Part shown: positions 1 to 12,872 of the stretch, one piece after another
Position numbering within the stretch: the first letter of the stretch is position 1
How the letters are laid out: every line of letters starts with the position of its first letter
NCBI RefSeq assembly: GCF_036971445.1
Contig: NC_091475.1
Span: forward strand, 138,570,001 to 138,634,000
Source of the DNA: Narcine bancroftii
Taxonomy: Eukaryota
DNA length: 64,000 nt
Direction of reading: 5' to 3'
Notes under the pieces: generated by a model
Database searches by the model: none
Told to the model about the DNA's origin: nothing
What the model saw: only the letters and a program-made list of their open reading frames with translations
Position numbers and translations under genes: made by a program

Positions 1-490
1 GTGCCAGGTTGCATCGTACAGGTTTAGGTGGTCCGGCAGCTGTCTGTGCCTCTGAAACTCTTGCAGGGTTGGATGCTGGTCAAAGGTTGGCAAGGGTGGG
101 GTTCCCTAATGGTCAGATGGGCCTGGGGTGGCTGGGTTGGGTGGTGGTGTGGGCGGGGTGGTTTCTGGTGGCGAGATGGATCTGGGCAAGTCTGGTCTGC
201 AAGGAGTGTGGCCCTCTGGAGAGTTGGAAGATGAGGTCAGCTCCCAATGAATCCTGAGTGGGCCAAGGGTACCCTTGGTGGAGAGGTTGAGCTGGGTACT
301 TGTGATATTGGGTGGTGCGGCCCCTGCTTGTACCAGATCCCTGGTCATGATGATGTCCTCACGTCCATTTGGGTACTTGTTGTAGGCATAGTTCAGGTTC
401 GAATGGAGAAGGAGCACCTTCTCGACCAGGGGGTCGGACTTGTGGGTCCACATGTGCTCATTCAGTGTTGGTATGGACATGAACTTCAAG
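1..490 (-). mobile_element. Gypsy LTR-retrotransposon fragment (integrase C-terminal region and downstream Pro-rich tail), running off the left edge
   Basis: ORF 106..489(-) reads HMWTHKSDPLVEKVLLLHSNLNYAY..PNGREDIIMTRDL, a Gypsy integrase C-terminal motif. The matching 'DTVST..LAP' segment occurs in the element at 29141-32637. Confidence 0.7.
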
Positions 491-779
491 ATCTATCAGT
501 TCTTCTACACCACTCAGAGTCCACCCATTAACATCGCAATCTGTCTTCAAATTTGACCTACTGAAATTAACCAGCTCACACTTTTCTGGGTTAAATTTCA
601 TCTCCACTTCTCAGCTCAGCTTTGCATCTCTCTCTGACCTCTGGCATCTCTTTGAGACTATCCACACCACTACAACCTGTTTCTAAAATGTGGAAGGGGA
701 TACATCTGGCAAACTTTTCAATTGAAATTCAGTGAAGGAAAAAAATTACAGAGACCATGATCATGGACAATATTAATTC

Positions 780-1640
780 TCACATAAAAATAAGCATTAA
801 TAAGGTAAACATTAATAAGGTATGACAGCATTGACTTGTTTAAAGCAAATTAAATGCAATGAACCTGATGAAGTTTTTGATGAACAAACAGAAAGGGTTG
901 ATGAAGGTGAAATTACAGATTTATACAGAGGTATTAAAAGATGGTATAAAAATGTGGTAACTTTGTTAGATAATTAGCTTTGGGATATTTTTTAAATACA
1001 CATTTCTGAATGTAGAGAATTATGCAATGTATTCCCAGGTATAGGCAGTATGATTGTTCATTTTATTATTAATAGCATAGATTTTGGTATAAGGAATACA
1101 ATTTGCAGATGTTTCAATACCCGCAACAGGTTATAGGAAGTCAGAGAATAAATTATGAAATAGAAAGATTCCTTGGAGATCCAATTTAATGTGTGGACAT
1201 GCAACATCATGCATCAGATGAAGGTGCACAAAGAGACCATATAATCAAATTGGTGCAATGTTGAATAGATTCAAATACAAGATGAAAATTCATATACATT
1301 CAAATATGATATATAAGCAGGGTAAATGGGGGTATTGAATAGAAAATCAAACGTTATTCTGAAACTTTAAATATTGGTATTTCAACAAGGTAAAACATCA
1401 AAGCTAGAAGATGTGGAAAGTAGTTGACAGGAGATGTGTAGGGCAAGTTTTTATACAGCTGTCTGGAATGGGCTGTCAGTTGTAATTCTGGAAGCAGATA
1501 TGGTAGTCAATCTTATGCACCTTCTAGATAGATACATGCTATTGCAGGGAATATGAAATGCATCATGTGCAAGCAGCAGGAATTCCATATAATTCAAGCT
1601 TCATGTTCAGAAAAGACATTGTTCGCTGAAGGACCCATTC
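780..1640 (+). mobile_element. Old, degenerate CR1 LINE fragments
   Basis: Decayed CR1-like stretches (aacctgatgaagttttttgatgaa...gttgatgaagg) and a CR1 3' end (gctgaaggacccattctagtg). No open frame. Confidence 0.5.
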
Positions 1641-2149
1641 TAGTGTGGTTCTATGTTCCATTTTTAAGCTGAAAGTTGCTGTTAGCAGAAGTATCAAGAA
1701 AATATGAAGATTGTTTGGACTGACATCTGGGGCAATATTGGTGTGTTATATGCTTAACATAATTTCTGTTCACACATAGGTTGTGACTATAGTTGGCATG
1801 GCCAGAATTTAGTGCCCCCCCCCCTAAACCATTTCAACTGGGTAATAAACTATTTTCTTGATTTCCTGCTATCTCCTTGGTAAAGGAACCCCCATAGTGA
1901 TGAATTTCAAGATGTGACATTGAAAGAGCAACAATGTTCCAAGGAGAAAGAAAAATTCCAAGGGGGCCACTACCATCCATGGTTAGTCACAGTAATCATA
2001 GTTAATAATAGTACTTAAGAAATATTCAATAACACAGCTCAGATAGTAGGTAAGAAGATTGGATGAAAATAAAAAAAAAACGTAAAGACTGTTTTAAGCA
2101 CTGATAAGGATGGAAAAAATCAGAGTTCAAGATTTAAAAAAAAACACAC

Positions 2150-2330
2150 ACACACAATGCTGGAGGAACTCAGCAGGTCAAACAGCGTCCTTTATGTAGC
2201 AAAGGCAAAGATACATAACTGACGTTTTGGGCTTTAGCCCGTTCATCAAAGTATGAGAGAATTTTGGTAGGCATCTGATCAAAAGAATTGGGGGAGGGGG
2301 AAGGAGGGGGTGGCAAAGGTAAGAGATGAT
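2150..2330 (-). mobile_element. Penelope-like pseudo-LTR fragment
   Basis: acaatgctggaggaactcagcaggtcaaacagc...gacgttttgggctttagcccgttcatcaa is the reverse complement of the terminal repeat at about 3560-3680 and matches 39030-39125. Confidence 0.7.
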
Positions 2331-2659
2331 AAGAGATTTCCTTAGAGTACAAGATAAAGTTAGCTAGAAATATCAAAATGGTACTGATACATCCTTTAGA
2401 ACCATGAGCAAGCTCACAAAATCAGCATTAGTACTGTGAAGTGGGAGTCAGGGCAGGCGATGACAAATGAATTCAACAGTTATTTTGCATCAGACTTCAC
2501 TGCAGAGAATACAAATGACATTGCAGAATTAGCTGTAAATTGGGAATGGGACTGAAGAGAAAAAAAATGACACTCTTTCAGAAAGCGATACTGATTATAC
2601 GAGCTACAGGCTAACCAGATGTGATTAATGAGATAATTGATGTCATATACAGAATATTA

Positions 2660-3680
2660 TGATAATGAGATATCATCTGAGATGGACTCCTTCAAAAAAA
2701 TGTGGCTTCCCTTCTACCACCATCACCTCATCTATCTCGCACACATCTGGCCCAGACCACTCTGGACAGAACAAGGATTCCCCTTATCCTACAATCCTAG
2801 CATCCACATCCAACATATCCTCTGCTATTTCTGTCACCTACAAAATGATCCCTTCACCAGACACATCTTCCTCTCTCTGTATTTTGTAGGGACCACTCGC
2901 TCCATGTCTCCCTTGTTGACTTGTCCATTCCCACTAATTGCCCATTTTGTACTTGCCCATTTTGACCATAGGAAATTCTGCATGTGTGCTCATTCCTTCT
3001 CCCTCACCACTATTTTGGACCTCAAACAGTCTTTCCAAGTGAAGTAACACTTCATTTGTGAATCTGTGGTGGTTATTTCAATGCTCTCATTGTGGCCTTT
3101 TCTACATCGAGAGACTGGATGCAGACAGGGAGATCATTTTGCTGAGCACCTGTGCCTGTAACAATGGTAGGGTTCTCCCAGTAGCCCCAACCATTTCAAT
3201 TCTGTGCCCCACTCCTGCATTGACATGTCTGTCCATGGCCTCATGCACTACCAAATCAAGGCCACTCATAAATTGGAGGAGCAATATTTGATATTGCATC
3301 TGGTTATTCTCCAATTGGATGGCATTAACATTGAGTTGTCCAGTTTCCATTAGGCCATTCCCCTGTCTCCCTTTCTTCCCCATCCCTCTCTCTCCTTTCC
3401 TCCAGCTCTTTACCTCTACCCTCTTCAATCAGAGATCTATCCCCTCCCCTTATCCATTTGCAGCCTTTTTCTCTTGAGCCGTCCCACCCATATCCAGCTA
3501 TGACTTTTTGCATGTGACTCTCCCCCCTCCATCTTATTCAGGTGCCTGCATGCTTTTTGCTCATACACTCATACCTTGATGAAGGGCCTAGGCCTGAAAA
3601 GTTGCTTATGCATCTCTTTCTTTGCTACATATCGAACACTGCATGAATTGCTGAGTTTCATCAGCACTTTTATGTATAAA
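2660..3680 (+). mobile_element. Penelope-like element, 3' part (GIY-YIG endonuclease region plus pseudo-LTR), degenerate
   Basis: Frameshifted peptides SLTTI..KQSFQVK and CSHCGLFYI (GIY-YIG), followed by the pseudo-LTR cttgatgaagggcctaggcctgaaa...tgctgagtttcatcagca. Confidence 0.75.
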
Positions 3681-3699
3681 ATAATTATCAATGCATTGG

Positions 3700-4523
3700 T
3701 TTTCATTTTTATATAACTAGAGGAAGTTTCCATCAGATTGGAAAAATGGTACATAATTCCATTATTTACAAAAGGAATTTAGATTGAAAACAGGAAATTT
3801 TAACCTAGATAGGTGAACATCTATCATTGGGACAATATTAGAAAATGTGATTAATTATGTTATAGTATGGTATATAAATAATCTTCAATGCCAACAGGAA
3901 AAGTCAGCGTGGGATGGAAATAATTTTTAAGCATTTTATTGGAGTTTTTGAAGAATAAACTTGTGCTGCGGATGGAGAACTGGTGGATGTATTACACTTA
4001 GATTTCTTTATTGCAGAAAATGGATGTTTGTGATATGAGTTGTAACATATTGCCATGGATAGCAGACAGGCTGGCTAGTAAGAAACAGGGAATAGCCATA
4101 AATTGGTATATCTATCATTAACAAGTTGAAAGGAATGGCATGGTACAATTTATCTATTGATTTGAATGAAGACACTAAAGATATGATAATACAAAAGCAG
4201 GCCAAAAAGCAAGTTGTGAAAAGAATATAAAAAGCTTCAAAGGAATATAGATAATGAGCTGAAGTCAGTGAACTGACAAAAGGAGTGAATATTTGTAAAA
4301 TGTGAAATTGTCCACTTTGGCAGGAAATAAAGAAAAGTCATCTCATCTAAATGGCGAACACTTGCATGGCTTTAAACTTTGAAGGGATTTTGATATTACA
4401 ATGAAAATGATAAACTCTGGTATGAAGAGACACAGTAGATGCACTGGGAGCAAATCAAAGGAGAAGTTTATTAAACCAGCAATGAGTAGTTTCTTCATAA
4501 AGAAAAATTTGACTGATTAGCAT
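3700..4523 (+). mobile_element. Old CR1 copy, 5' part (split by the younger CR1 at 4531-6811)
   Basis: gattggaaaaatgg..ccattatttacaaaagg and gtggatgtattacacttagattt are CR1 RT motifs. The copy resumes at 6819. Confidence 0.6.
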
Positions 4524-4530
4524 TGTATCT

Positions 4531-6811
4531 ATATAATAACTACAGCACAGAAACAGACGAGTTTAGCCCTTCTAGTCCATGCTGAACACCTTCTCCCATG
4601 TAGCCCCTTTGACCTGCACCTATCCCATAAACTTCCACGCCCCTCTCGACCATATACATATCCAACTTTCCTGAGATAATAAAGTCAAGCCTGCATCTAC
4701 CTCTTTGGCCAGAAGCTCATTCCACACTTCCACCACCCTCTAAGTGATGAAATTCCCCCCCCCTCCATGTTTCCCCAAACTTTTCCCCCTTCAATCACAA
4801 TCCATGTCCTCTTCTTTGAAACTCCCCCGCTCCCAATGGAAAAACTTATCTGCATTTACTCTATCTGTCCCCATCATAATTTTAAATACTTTTATCAAAT
4901 CACCAGGAAATAAAGTCCTAGTCTGTTTAACTCAAACCCTGAAACCCTGGCAAAATTCTTTTAAATATTCTCTGCACTCTCTCTATTTTTTTGATATCCT
5001 TCCTCTCATTTGGTGACCAAAACTGCACACAGTTTTCCAAATGTGGCCTTACCAATGCCTTATACAACTTCAACATTGCATCCCATCTGCTGTATTCAGT
5101 ACTTTGATTTATGAAGGTCAACATACCAAAAGCTTTATTCACCACCCTATCTACACGTGACTCCACTTTCAGTGAATTATGTACCAGAATTCCTAAATCC
5201 CATGTTCTACTACACTCCTCAATTGTCAACCATTTAATGTGTATGACCTTTGCTAATTATTCCTAACAAAATTCACACTTATCAGTATCAAACTCCATCT
5301 GCCAGCTTTCTGCCTAGTCTTCTAACTGGCCTATATACCACTGCAAGCTTTGAAGACCTTCGCACTGTCCACAACACCACCAATCTTAGTATCATCTGCA
5401 TACTTACTAATATAATTTACCACTCTATCATCCAGATCATTAATATATATGACAAACAACAATGGACCTAATACCAATCCCTGACACACTCCACTAATCA
5501 CTGGCCTCCAATTTGACAAACAATTTTCCACTACTACTCTCTGGCATCTCCCATCCAACCGTTGTTGACTCCATTTCACTACTTCAACATTAATACCTAA
5601 TGATTGAACCTTCCTAACTAACCTCTTATGTGGAACCTTGTCAAAGGCCTTACTAAAGTCCATTTAGACAACATCCACAGGCTTCCCTTTGTCAACATCC
5701 TTAGTAACCTCCTTAAGAAAATTCTATAAGATTTGTTGAGCATTATCTACCACTCACAAAACCATAGTGACTACTTCTAATCAGTCCCTGTCTATCCAAA
5801 TAATTGTACATTCCATCTTTAAGAACACTCTCCATTAATTTACCTACCACTGACATCAGCCTCACAAGCCTATAATTCCCTTATTTACTTTTAGAGCCTT
5901 TTTTAAACAATGGAACAACATGAGCTGCCCTCCAATCCTCTGGCACCTCCCCCATGGCTACTGACATTTTAAACATTTACACTACACTAACCTCCCTCAA
6001 GGTCCTGGGGAATATCTTGTCAGGACCTGGAGATTTATCAACTTTTATTCTCTTTAAAATAGCCAGAACTACCTCCTCATTAATCTGTATATCATCCATG
6101 ACCTCAATACTAGTATTCTTCACTTCACCTGACTCAATATTCCTTTATACTGAATACTGAAGAAAAGAAATCATTTAAAATTTCCCTCATCTCTTCTGAC
6201 TCCTCACAGAGCTTATCCCTCTTATCATCAAAGGGCCCAATTTTATCCATCACTATACTTTTACTTTTAATACACCTGTAGAAATCCTTTGGATTTATTT
6301 TTACCTTGCCTGCCAAAGCAGGGTCATATCTCCTTTTAGCATTTCTAATTTTTTTCTTGACTTTTTTTACACTCTTTATATTCTTCAAGCTCCTCATTTA
6401 TTCCCTGCTGTCTTATCTATTGTACATATCCCTCTTGCTCCAAACCAAAGTTCCAACATCCCTTGTAAACCAAGACTCCCTATATTTTCTAACCTTTCCT
6501 TTAATCCTCACAGGGACATATTGACTGTGTACTCTCAAAATTTCCCCTTTGAATATTCTCCATTTACCTGTTGCATTCTTCCCAGAAAATAAATTAGCCC
6601 GATCCACACCTTCTAAATCCTTTAACATCTCCTTGAAATTAGCCTTATTCCAATCAAGAATCTCAACCTTAGGAACAGCACTATCCTTCTCCATAATTAA
6701 CCTAAAACAAATAGTATTATGATCACTTGACCAAAAGTGTTCCCCAGCACAAACCTCTATCACTTGATCTACCTCATTCTCTAATAGGAGATCCAATAGT
6801 CGGTTCTTCTA
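4531..6811 (-). mobile_element. CR1 LINE, 5'-truncated (endonuclease end plus RT plus 3' UTR), frameshifted
   Basis: Minus ORFs give SSDHNTI, DFSKAFDKVPH, QGLVLGPLLF, KYADDTK and ALVRPHLENCVQFWSP. Candidate TSD tgtatct at 4524-4530 and 6812-6818. Confidence 0.92.
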
Positions 6812-6818
6812 TGTATCT

Positions 6819-7120
6819 GTAGCAAGTTAGGAATGTGAGCGAGAACTTGATTGAAAGGTTAAGGTTTTCTGAGGGATATTGACAGGATGAACATCAATAA
6901 GATATTTTATCCCAGCCAGAACTGTGATGGACCAGTTTTATTTTGATGGTGGCAGAATCCAAAATATTTGTATATTCTTAAGGGATAAGTAGATAGATTA
7001 TCAATCAGTGAGAGGGTGAAAGGTTATCAAGTTATATAGGCATGCAGAGTTGAGATTGCAGTCGTATAAGATTTTATTGAATAGTGAAATGGGCTGAAGG
7101 AGCCAAGAGGTCTATTGCAA
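6819..7120 (+). mobile_element. Old CR1 copy, 3' part
   Basis: Continues the CR1 C-terminus (gagaacttgattgaa) and ends with the CR1 tail aatgggctgaaggagcc. Confidence 0.55.
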
Positions 7121-7279
7121 TTCATAATGGAATTGAAATTAGGATAGTGTGTGTTACGGAAAATAATTCAGTTGCTGATATTCCCATCCTTGTTCTGCCT
7201 ATGTCCTTTCATGTTGAAAGGATGGATTTGACAGGATCTATTAAAAATATTTTGGTCAATCATTAATTAGCATCATAAA

Positions 7280-7933
7280 ATCAGAGAGCTGCACAGCACT
7301 GTAATGGGGCCTACAGCCTACTATGGCCCTGTCAACCTTTTTTTTAATCTATCTACACATCTTATTTGCTCACAGTAGCCTATCCTTATCTGTGTAAATT
7401 GCCTGCCTAAATATTGTAATTTTCTTCATCTCCACCATCTCCTCTGCCAGTGAGTTCTACATAGCAAACATTCTCCTGGTAAAAAAATCTTACTGTTTGT
7501 GCATATTTTAAAACTCCTTACCTTAAACCTATGCCTTCCTGTGGAACAAAAAAAAATATTCCCACCATCAATCCTTTGCCTTTTATATTCCAATCTTAAA
7601 TCAGCCTTCAGCCTCCTTCATGTCAGTTGCAAACAAACCCAGTCTATTCAATCTCCATAACTGAAGTTTTCCAATTAGAGAGTCAGCGTGGAAAGAGGTC
7701 TTTTAGCCCAATGTTCATGCTAACCTAGTTGCCTGCTAAATGAGTTCCATTTGACTCATATCCATCCATATCTTCCATATATACATGTCAAAAAATCTTT
7801 TAAATATCACAATTGTACCCACCTTTAGTGTTTCCTCTGGCTGCTAATTCTGCTTACCCATCACCATCTATGTATAAAAAGTTGACCCTCAGATCTCTTT
7901 TAAATCTTTCCCCTCTCACCTTAAACCTAAACC
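7280..7933 (-). mobile_element. Two short CR1 3'-end fragments; the second is the target of the hAT insertion and resumes at 10665-10800
   Basis: cttttaaatctttcccctctcaccttaaacctaaaccctct is the CR1 3' region, also seen at about 4780 and 33790. Confidence 0.65.
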
Positions 7934-7941
7934 CTCTAATG

Positions 7942-10656
7942 CATAGATTATCAAGGTGGGGCAGACACCCCACCGGTGGGGCATGGGAATATTTTGGTGG
8001 GGCATGGGGCTTAAGAATATTTTAGTGGGGCGTAGGAATATTTTTTGGAAATAATTTAAGAAGTTGGTTTGAAAAAATAGACTCATTATGTTGGTGTGTA
8101 AGATGTGACTTGGCAACACTGTCAGGTCAACACAATTGTGGTAACTTCCAACTAAAACCACTTTGTTCTCTTTATTTTCATAATGTGTTTTTGCTCCTCC
8201 GATGTTTCTCCATTGTTTCTCCGTTGTTTCTCTTATTTTAACTGTTGTTATCCTTGGTTAACATTATAATTATTATTTTTTTCTTTCTTGACTTATTATC
8301 ACCCATTCCAAATGATCTCATTGGCAATGAAGATTCCAATTTATCTCGACAATTATGTCTCCATCCATACTCCTTTACTTTTTCAATTCAGTAGTGAGTA
8401 AGACCTGTACCTGTATGTATCTTTGTGCACTAGCATATTGACGTGGGGGGCGGGAAGGGGGTCCGCCCCAGATGTGAGCCTGATGGAATTGCAAAATTGG
8501 AAAAAAATAGGGACCCCAGAAAATAAAGCATGAGGCTAGTGCAGTTCTGATGCAGTCTCCGTGAGAAAAAAATGTCAGAAACCACATTAGTTTTTTTTTC
8601 ATTATTTTAGGGTCACTATTCTTCCTTTCATTCGATCATTATTTTTATTACATTTTTCAGTTCTAAGACATAATAAAAATTGATTAATCTGTTTCAGGGA
8701 GCTTGTGCTGTTGTATGTTCAAAATGAGCAAACTAAGCAAGCAACAGGTTTGTCAATATTCAGTGGAGGCCTTTAAGTTTGGGTTTATACCTGCACCTTT
8801 TTGCCTATTATGCCTACAGACTGACAAATAAATCAATGAAAACGGGCCATCTTGAAGCTCATTTGAGGGTAAAACATCCAAACCATGTCAATTTGAAATT
8901 GAAATATTTTAAATCACTGAAAGAGAAGTTTGAAAATAGATTTAAAAAATCACTTCATTATTCATTGTGCAAACTAAAGCCCTGAATCGTACCCTTGAAG
9001 CTAGCTATGAAATTTCTCTGCTGATTACAAAACATGGGAAGACCGTACAATTGGGGAGGAATTGATTAAACTTGCAATATCATTGTTTTTACAAATAGTT
9101 CTCCAAAAGATGACAAAGATGTCCGAGCAATGCCATTGAGTAATAGTACTGTCTGCAACAGAATAGATGACATGGGCCAAGATGTTGAAATACAGCTTAT
9201 TGAGAAGTTGAAATCATGTAAGTTCCCAATACAACTGGATAAATCTATCATACTGACAGTAAGGCTCTGTTATTGGCTTGAGTGAGATATTTTGAACTGG
9301 AAGTGTTTCAAGAAGAGATGTTGTTTTGTGGATCATTAGAAACAACCATTACTGCAGTTGATACCTACAGCAAGCTCAAAAATTATTTGGATGAAAATGA
9401 AATACCAAAAGGAAACATTGTATCTTGTGCTGCAGATGGTGCACCTGCAATGATGGGTAAAAAAACAGGATGTTTAAATTTAATGAAGGATGAAAATCCA
9501 AACATGTTGTTTGTCCATTTTATAATCCAATGAGAAAACTTAGTTTCCAAGTTTCCCCTGTTCTACATGAGATACTGCATTCTGTGATCAAGTGTATCAA
9601 TACCATCAAAGCTAATGCCAAATGTGAACTTCTGTTTAAGCAGTTTGATCTTGATAAAAATGCAGAACATGTGAGATTATTGCTTCACACTGAAGTAAGG
9701 TGGTTGTCAGAGGGAAACTGCTTCAAAAGATTTATGGAATTGTTTGATCCCCTCAGCGAGTTTTTGAAAGATAAACCTGAAATGAAGCTCTTGCTAACAA
9801 CTGTCATTTTTAAGCAACTAAGTACATTGAACAAGTAATTCCAAGTAGTAAATATGACACTCGTTGATGCAAAAAAACAAAGATATTTGGATTTATGACA
9901 CTTCTAGAATTATGCCAAAGGGATATTTCTGCAAGAAATTTCAATCAATTCTATTGATGTGAGGTAAATGATGCTACTACAAACATCATTGTTGGCCATT
10001 TTAAAATGTTGGTCCCCAACTTCAATGATAGATTTTATGATTTAAAGGCAATGGATTTTCCCTCTTGATTAACTCAGCCATTGCTGGTGGATTTATCTGA
10101 AGTTCCAGTGCAATACCAAGAGGAGTTATCTGAGTTGCAACATAATGAATCTGTGAAAACTCTGTTCAAAATGAATGGAACTATGATGTGGCTGTCTAAT
10201 GAGATTGAAAGGAAATGCCCAAACTCGACTACTTTTGCAAGGGAACTATTGATACATTTTCCATTGTCTTATTTAGTAGAATGTGGCTTCAGAGCTGTTC
10301 GTGATTTGCTACAAACGAAGAGAAACAGACTGGAAATACAAAACGTGGAGATTTAAGGTTGAAACTAACAAAATTGGTCCCTCAAATCCAAAAAAATCTG
10401 TAGCCACCATCAGGGGCAAAGTTCCCACTAAATTGGTGATAATTGTTTAATGTGTGTTTGACATATTGAATTAGTAGTTGAATAAGAAATATGTGTTCCA
10501 GTGTATTCCTGACCTTAATTGCATTGAAATACACTTGCAGTAAATGATTTAAATAAAACTTCTTTTGAATATATAGCATTTTTCCAATAATGGTGGGGTG
10601 TATGATTTTTTGAAAAATTAAAGTAGGTCCTAGGGCAAAAAGGTTGAGAACCACTG
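7942..10656 (+). mobile_element. Full-length (2715 bp) hAT DNA transposon, Buster/Charlie type, decayed
   Basis: 8-bp TSD ctctaatg (7934-7941) / ctctaata (10657-10664) with the central TA typical of Buster elements. Right TIR aggttgagaaccactg; degenerate left TIR catagattatcaa. Contains transposase remnants. Confidence 0.92.
8724..10430 (+). pseudogene. hAT (Buster/Charlie) transposase with multiple stops and frameshifts
   Basis: Motifs HLEAHLRVKH (BED finger remnant), CAADGAPAMMGK, LLLHTEVRWLSEG and FPLSYLVECGF, spread over ORFs 8779, 9282, 9530 and 10081. Confidence 0.9.
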
Positions 10657-11924
10657 CTCTAATATTAGACACCTTACCCTAGAGAAAAGACTATAATTTT
10701 TCTCCTCATGATTTTATATAACTCTATGAGATTTATCTTTCAACTTCCAATGCTCTAAGAAAAAATCCTAGTCTATCCATTGTCTCCTTGAAAGTCCTCC
10801 TGTACTGCATTCATTAATATGAGTTGACGTGGAAGCACAATGCTAATTTCACAATTCTAATGACTCTACTTTTATCCATATCAAATTACATTTAAATGAT
10901 ATATTGTACATTGGAGTAAGGGACAATAATGAATCCAACTCCTCAGAATGGAAATTATAAATAAATAACTTTTTGGCTATTACATGCTGTATATCGATTT
11001 GACGCTTCGATCTTCCTGCACATGATTGCCAAAAGCAGATCAGGAACATTCAGAATGCATTGAAAACCTTCAGTCTTTGCAATGGGATCACACTGATGTC
11101 CTTGGTTTCTGGATAAACAATAGAAGCTGTGCACTTGCTAATACAAATCCACCTGTCTGCTACATGAGTCACTTTCTGCCCCATCTGTGAAGGAGTCATT
11201 TTCCATGATCTGCTGCCTTAGAACACACAACTTGAGTGGAATCAAGATCCTGAGTGATTACCTACAAAGAGACAATTTTTGCAAAGTCTCTCACCAGTCT
11301 CCTGCTGGAAAGATCAAGATGCATTTTGGGTATAATTCAATTATTGCATTACATTTAACAGAATTATATTGGAAAACAACGTTAAAGCAAGTTCCAAAAA
11401 AAATTACAAATTTTATTGAATAAAATGGTTAAGAACGAAAATGTCTTCAAAAATGGCATGCCTACTGCTGTTATACAAAAATATTTCATGCTCTCAAGCC
11501 TTTTCATTCTTCTTCAATTAGTTTGGTTACAGCATGTTAATTCTTGCACATTTTTGTTCAAAATTTTCAATTAAAAGCTGACAATGTGTTGTGCATGCTG
11601 ACAGTTTAACTTCCTTGTTTTTTTCAATATTGCTTATTACCTTCACATGTCAAAGTTTTGATATTTTGGTCTCATATTATGTGACAATTTTGCCAAGATT
11701 GCTGGTAGTATCCATTCGCTTTCTAGATTAGCTCTTATGCTTCTAAATTATATATTTTATGGGCTCCCTGAATATTCTTATACAGTTTATTTAACTAAGG
11801 TAAATTTGTGAATCCCAAAGATGGCCTGCTGAGTTTCTCCAGCACTTTTGTGTATTGGTCTACCAATCATAGTATCTAAAGATTTTCCTGTTTAGGTATT
11901 TCTTCTGCTCTACAGTTGGTCATT

Positions 11925-12730
11925 TAAGATTCAAGATTCAATTTATTATCATATAATAAATACAGTGTCATATTATACAACATTGCTTTTGCCTGCTGTA
12001 AGGCAGACAGATACACAATCAGCAGAAATTGCCTGAATCGCCTCTTACAGTCAGAGAAAAACAATCAAAAGGGTCTCCCGAGAGTCACCAAGGATCCATA
12101 GATTCAACTCAAGCACTTCTGAAGACTCTGCAACCACACACATTCCAGTCCAAACCATCGACAACCCAAGCTCCAGATCTGAAATTCGACATGATCAAGA
12201 AACCTTCAACTCTCTCATATCCCGGTTTGAATGTCTGGTACCTCTTCAGCCAGTCTTGAGCCAGTCTCCAGCAGTCCACAGCCTGCTGTGAGTCCCATGA
12301 TCACAGTCTACAGCAGCTGACAGCCTCCATGGGTTCCTCACCTTGAGTCACCAGTAACTCGCCGCATGTGTGGGTCTTCCAACTGCAGTACCCCTGGTCC
12401 GCTATTGTGGTCATAGTCCCTTGGGTCATGTCCTCTGGTAGTCTCCCTGTTTTCTGGTGTTTTTTTTTTGGCTCCAGTCTACTGCTTTCCAGAGTCTGCA
12501 ACCACTCGTGGCTTTGGCTGTCTTGGGAGCAGACCCTGGGTTCCCACGGGATTTTAAATAAAACTAGCCTTGGCCCTTTAACGGGCAGTTCAAAGCTTAT
12601 GTGGAGCTTATGGCCATCAGACAGGACAGTTGGACACCGTGGGAGCACTGTAACTCCACTCCTCACTCTCAGGGGATCTGCACCAGCGGCAGTGCTACTG
12701 TTACAGTAGTTCCAGCAGTGCTGCCATTCT
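11925..12730 (-). mobile_element. Unclassified non-autonomous retroelement with a Rex1-like tail; a partial second copy lies at about 60180-60480
   Basis: Left end agattcaagattcaatttatt reads on the minus strand as aataaa plus a (ttgaatc)n tail. 11940-12200 aligns by eye with 60180-60430. Confidence 0.5.
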
Positions 12731-12872
12731 CTCACATTCATTATATACTCAGGCATAAAATTGTCTCTCGCAGATCTCAGCCTAAATCAGCTGAAAATAA
12801 TAAAGTCCAAGGTTAGTGGAGGCAAAATAGACACTCCTCCCTTCTCCATCAAAAAACAAACAAGCTAGTGAT

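Noticed and set aside
8724-10430. Domesticated ZBED/SCAND3-like gene
   Set aside because: Multiple stops and frameshifts, with TIRs and TSD still present, mark it as an ordinary dead transposon.
11641-11742. Minus-strand exon-like segment ending aag|gtaat
   Set aside because: Weak acceptor and stops in all frames before the donor.
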